This document shows, one piece after another, positions 62,145 to 64,000 of a DNA stretch of 64,000 nt. The notes below the pieces were generated by a model. The model searched no databases, was not told the DNA's origin, and saw nothing but the letters and a program-made list of their open reading frames with translations. Every line of letters starts with the position of its first letter. Position 1 is the stretch's first letter. The translations under genes were made by a program, and so were the position numbers. The DNA comes from Escherichia phage vB_EcoM_Lh1B. The stretch lies in the sequence record OK428535.1. One strand, 5' to 3'.

Positions 62145-63647
62145 ATGCAACAGTATTTTGAAATTCCATCGTTGGACAAGACCATGCGCAAAGCTGTGGT
62201 CGACGGCGTCGTAGAACGTGTGCTAAACGAATCTGGTATTGAACGTGCCAGTGTTGTTTTCACGGATAGCTTCAACACCGCCCATCAGCCAGGCTCTACG
62301 CTCGGCGATGAGACACCGGTGGACTATTCAGCACCGAACCGTGTCTACGTCGAAGTGGAAGAAGAACGTGATGAACGCGCACGCATTAACCGTCAAGTTG
62401 GGTTAGCGGCAGAGATTCCATTCTTCCATAACCCCGAAGACCAAGTACGCGCCGCTCCTGTCCGCGTAATGTATAACGTGACTATCACGCTACGGCGTGT
62501 CGGCCCATCGCGTGACGAATTGTTACGTTGGGCGAACCGCCTGGATTCACTTATCGACATGGGTCGCTATTCAACCATGACGGAATCCGAAGCGTACTAC
62601 TTGATTCCAAAACCTGCGCTTAAGCTATTGAACGAATGCTATATCGCCGCAGGGACCCGTGTGCCGAAATACGATGACTTTAAAGATTATCTAAAGGCGC
62701 ACTTCACACCCGACGTTTTCACCACAGGTAATGTTGCCGGTGGTCAGAATGTCTTAGCGGTACGCTACGCACCAACCCGTATCGAGACGGTTTACGATGT
62801 TATCTCTCCTACCTGGGATAACGACGAAAACCGTTACGAGACCAGCTTCGTTATACGCTTCTCATATCAGCGACCCGAAGAGGTGGTGATTACCTACCCG
62901 TACATTATCAACCAGACACCGTTGCCTGATGAATGGTGGCCTGAGATAGACCCACCGTTTGTGAGTAATGAAGAGGGCGTGCAACGTCACCAACAGCAAA
63001 AGAACCTTGACGGCACTTGGTGGATTAATGAATCTCGCCAGTTCTTACGCCTACCGTATCTGCTGTCACCGACAGAACAGTTTGAACGTACACACTCGCC
63101 GCTAAAAGCAAAGCTTCTGCATGTGTTCGGCACCGATGTAGCATTCGGTGAAGAAAACATGACCGATCCTGAAGTTTGTAGCATTGACGACCTGCCGTAT
63201 GTTTGGAACGCTGAGGTGGTTCCTTATATCGAACACTGCCGCACGATAGACCCGACAGGTCAGACGGGCATTATCCGTATGGAGTTGTTCGAGAACGGTC
63301 AAATCATTGAACCACGTTTCTACCATTGGGAAAACGGTGTCTTCTCGCTACGTAACCGTGAAGTTCATGTCGAGAAAGCGTACTACTTAACAGAGTCGGC
63401 AATACACGACTGGCGTAATCTGGACTTATGGCCACTGCATCTTTATCCAAAAGCGGCAAAAGTGCTTATTGAGTGGTTATTCCCAGATTGGGATTGCCCG
63501 GATTGGTGGTGGGATAAACCTGTGTTACCACCAAGTGTGATTGATGAAATCACGAAGTTCTATCGCCGTGTCCTGTTGACGCAATTTAATACCACGATTA
63601 TAGCCATCAGAGGAGCCGATAATGCTCAAGGCGAACAAGAGGGGTGA
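62145..63647 (+). CDS. hypothetical protein
   Basis: 500-aa ORF, GAGGGA upstream. Confidence 0.55.
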   Translation: MQQYFEIPSLDKTMRKAVVDGVVERVLNESGIERASVVFTDSFNTAHQPGSTLGDETPVDYSAPNRVYVEVEEERDERARINRQVGLAAEIPFFHNPEDQVRAAPVRVMYNVTITLRRVGPSRDELLRWANRLDSLIDMGRYSTMTESEAYYLIPKPALKLLNECYIAAGTRVPKYDDFKDYLKAHFTPDVFTTGNVAGGQNVLAVRYAPTRIETVYDVISPTWDNDENRYETSFVIRFSYQRPEEVVITYPYIINQTPLPDEWWPEIDPPFVSNEEGVQRHQQQKNLDGTWWINESRQFLRLPYLLSPTEQFERTHSPLKAKLLHVFGTDVAFGEENMTDPEVCSIDDLPYVWNAEVVPYIEHCRTIDPTGQTGIIRMELFENGQIIEPRFYHWENGVFSLRNREVHVEKAYYLTESAIHDWRNLDLWPLHLYPKAAKVLIEWLFPDWDCPDWWWDKPVLPPSVIDEITKFYRRVLLTQFNTTIIAIRGADNAQGEQEG

Positions 63648-64000
63648 TACTAAATTCGTTCCTGTTGAACCNNAAATTCCGATTAACAATAAACCGCAGG
63701 NCGGGGTNAAAGAAGCCAGCAACTTGGTAACGATTCCAACCCGCACCACGGTAACGGACTTCGACAGGATTCCGAAACAGTATCTCCTGCAATACAACGA
63801 AGGTTCTGAATGGCCGGTTGATTTTTATCACGCGTTGTCGGGTCGCAACGATCCGAAGACGATGTTCGATACTCAGAATGACAGCCCTACGCAACAGCTG
63901 CTTAAGATTGTTAATCTGTCATTACGTGTTAACGCACCGCTCGACCGTACGCAGGACGAACAACGTAAGACTTTCGAACTGACCGGGACGTCGACCCTGG
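63621..64000 (+). CDS. hypothetical protein, 3'-truncated by window end
   Basis: ATG at 63621 with GAGGAG 9 nt upstream; frame open to the end of the window (contains N calls); not in the supplied ORF track. Confidence 0.4.

Noticed and set aside
1-64000. CRISPR array, integrase, transposase or IS element
   Set aside because: No regularly spaced direct repeats, no tyrosine/serine recombinase or DDE transposase motifs, and no terminal inverted repeats flanking a gene. The only mobile element supported is the intein.

Overview
This 64-kb window reads as an early/replication region of a large dsDNA phage, most likely a jumbo phiKZ-like (nucleus-forming type) phage of an enterobacterial host. 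The host guess rests on E. coli-like optimal codons in the most biased genes. It holds about 75 densely packed ORFs, mostly on the plus strand, with ATGA/TAATG coupling and many hairpin plus T-run terminators. Calls supported by motifs read directly from the ORF translations: dihydrofolate reductase; a DExH-box SF2 helicase with a LAGLIDADG intein in its P-loop; fragments of a split multisubunit RNA polymerase (one beta-like, two beta-prime-like); the exonuclease half of a family-B DNA polymerase, with a candidate polymerase half 30 kb away on the other strand; an SbcD/Mre11-like phosphoesterase; an M48-like zinc metalloprotease; and one clear tRNA-Trp followed by two non-canonical tRNA-like elements. 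Most other ORFs are hypothetical. The features I would look at first are a dispersed, partly palindromic promoter-like motif (at least 8 copies), a 58-bp segment from inside a highly codon-optimised gene re-used at the start of the adjacent beta-prime-like gene, the apparently absent DFDGD catalytic motif in that beta-prime fragment, and the metalloprotease/membrane-protein cluster. Ambiguous bases (N) cluster in several places, so frames and starts there are provisional. All assignments come from manual motif reading; no database search was run.
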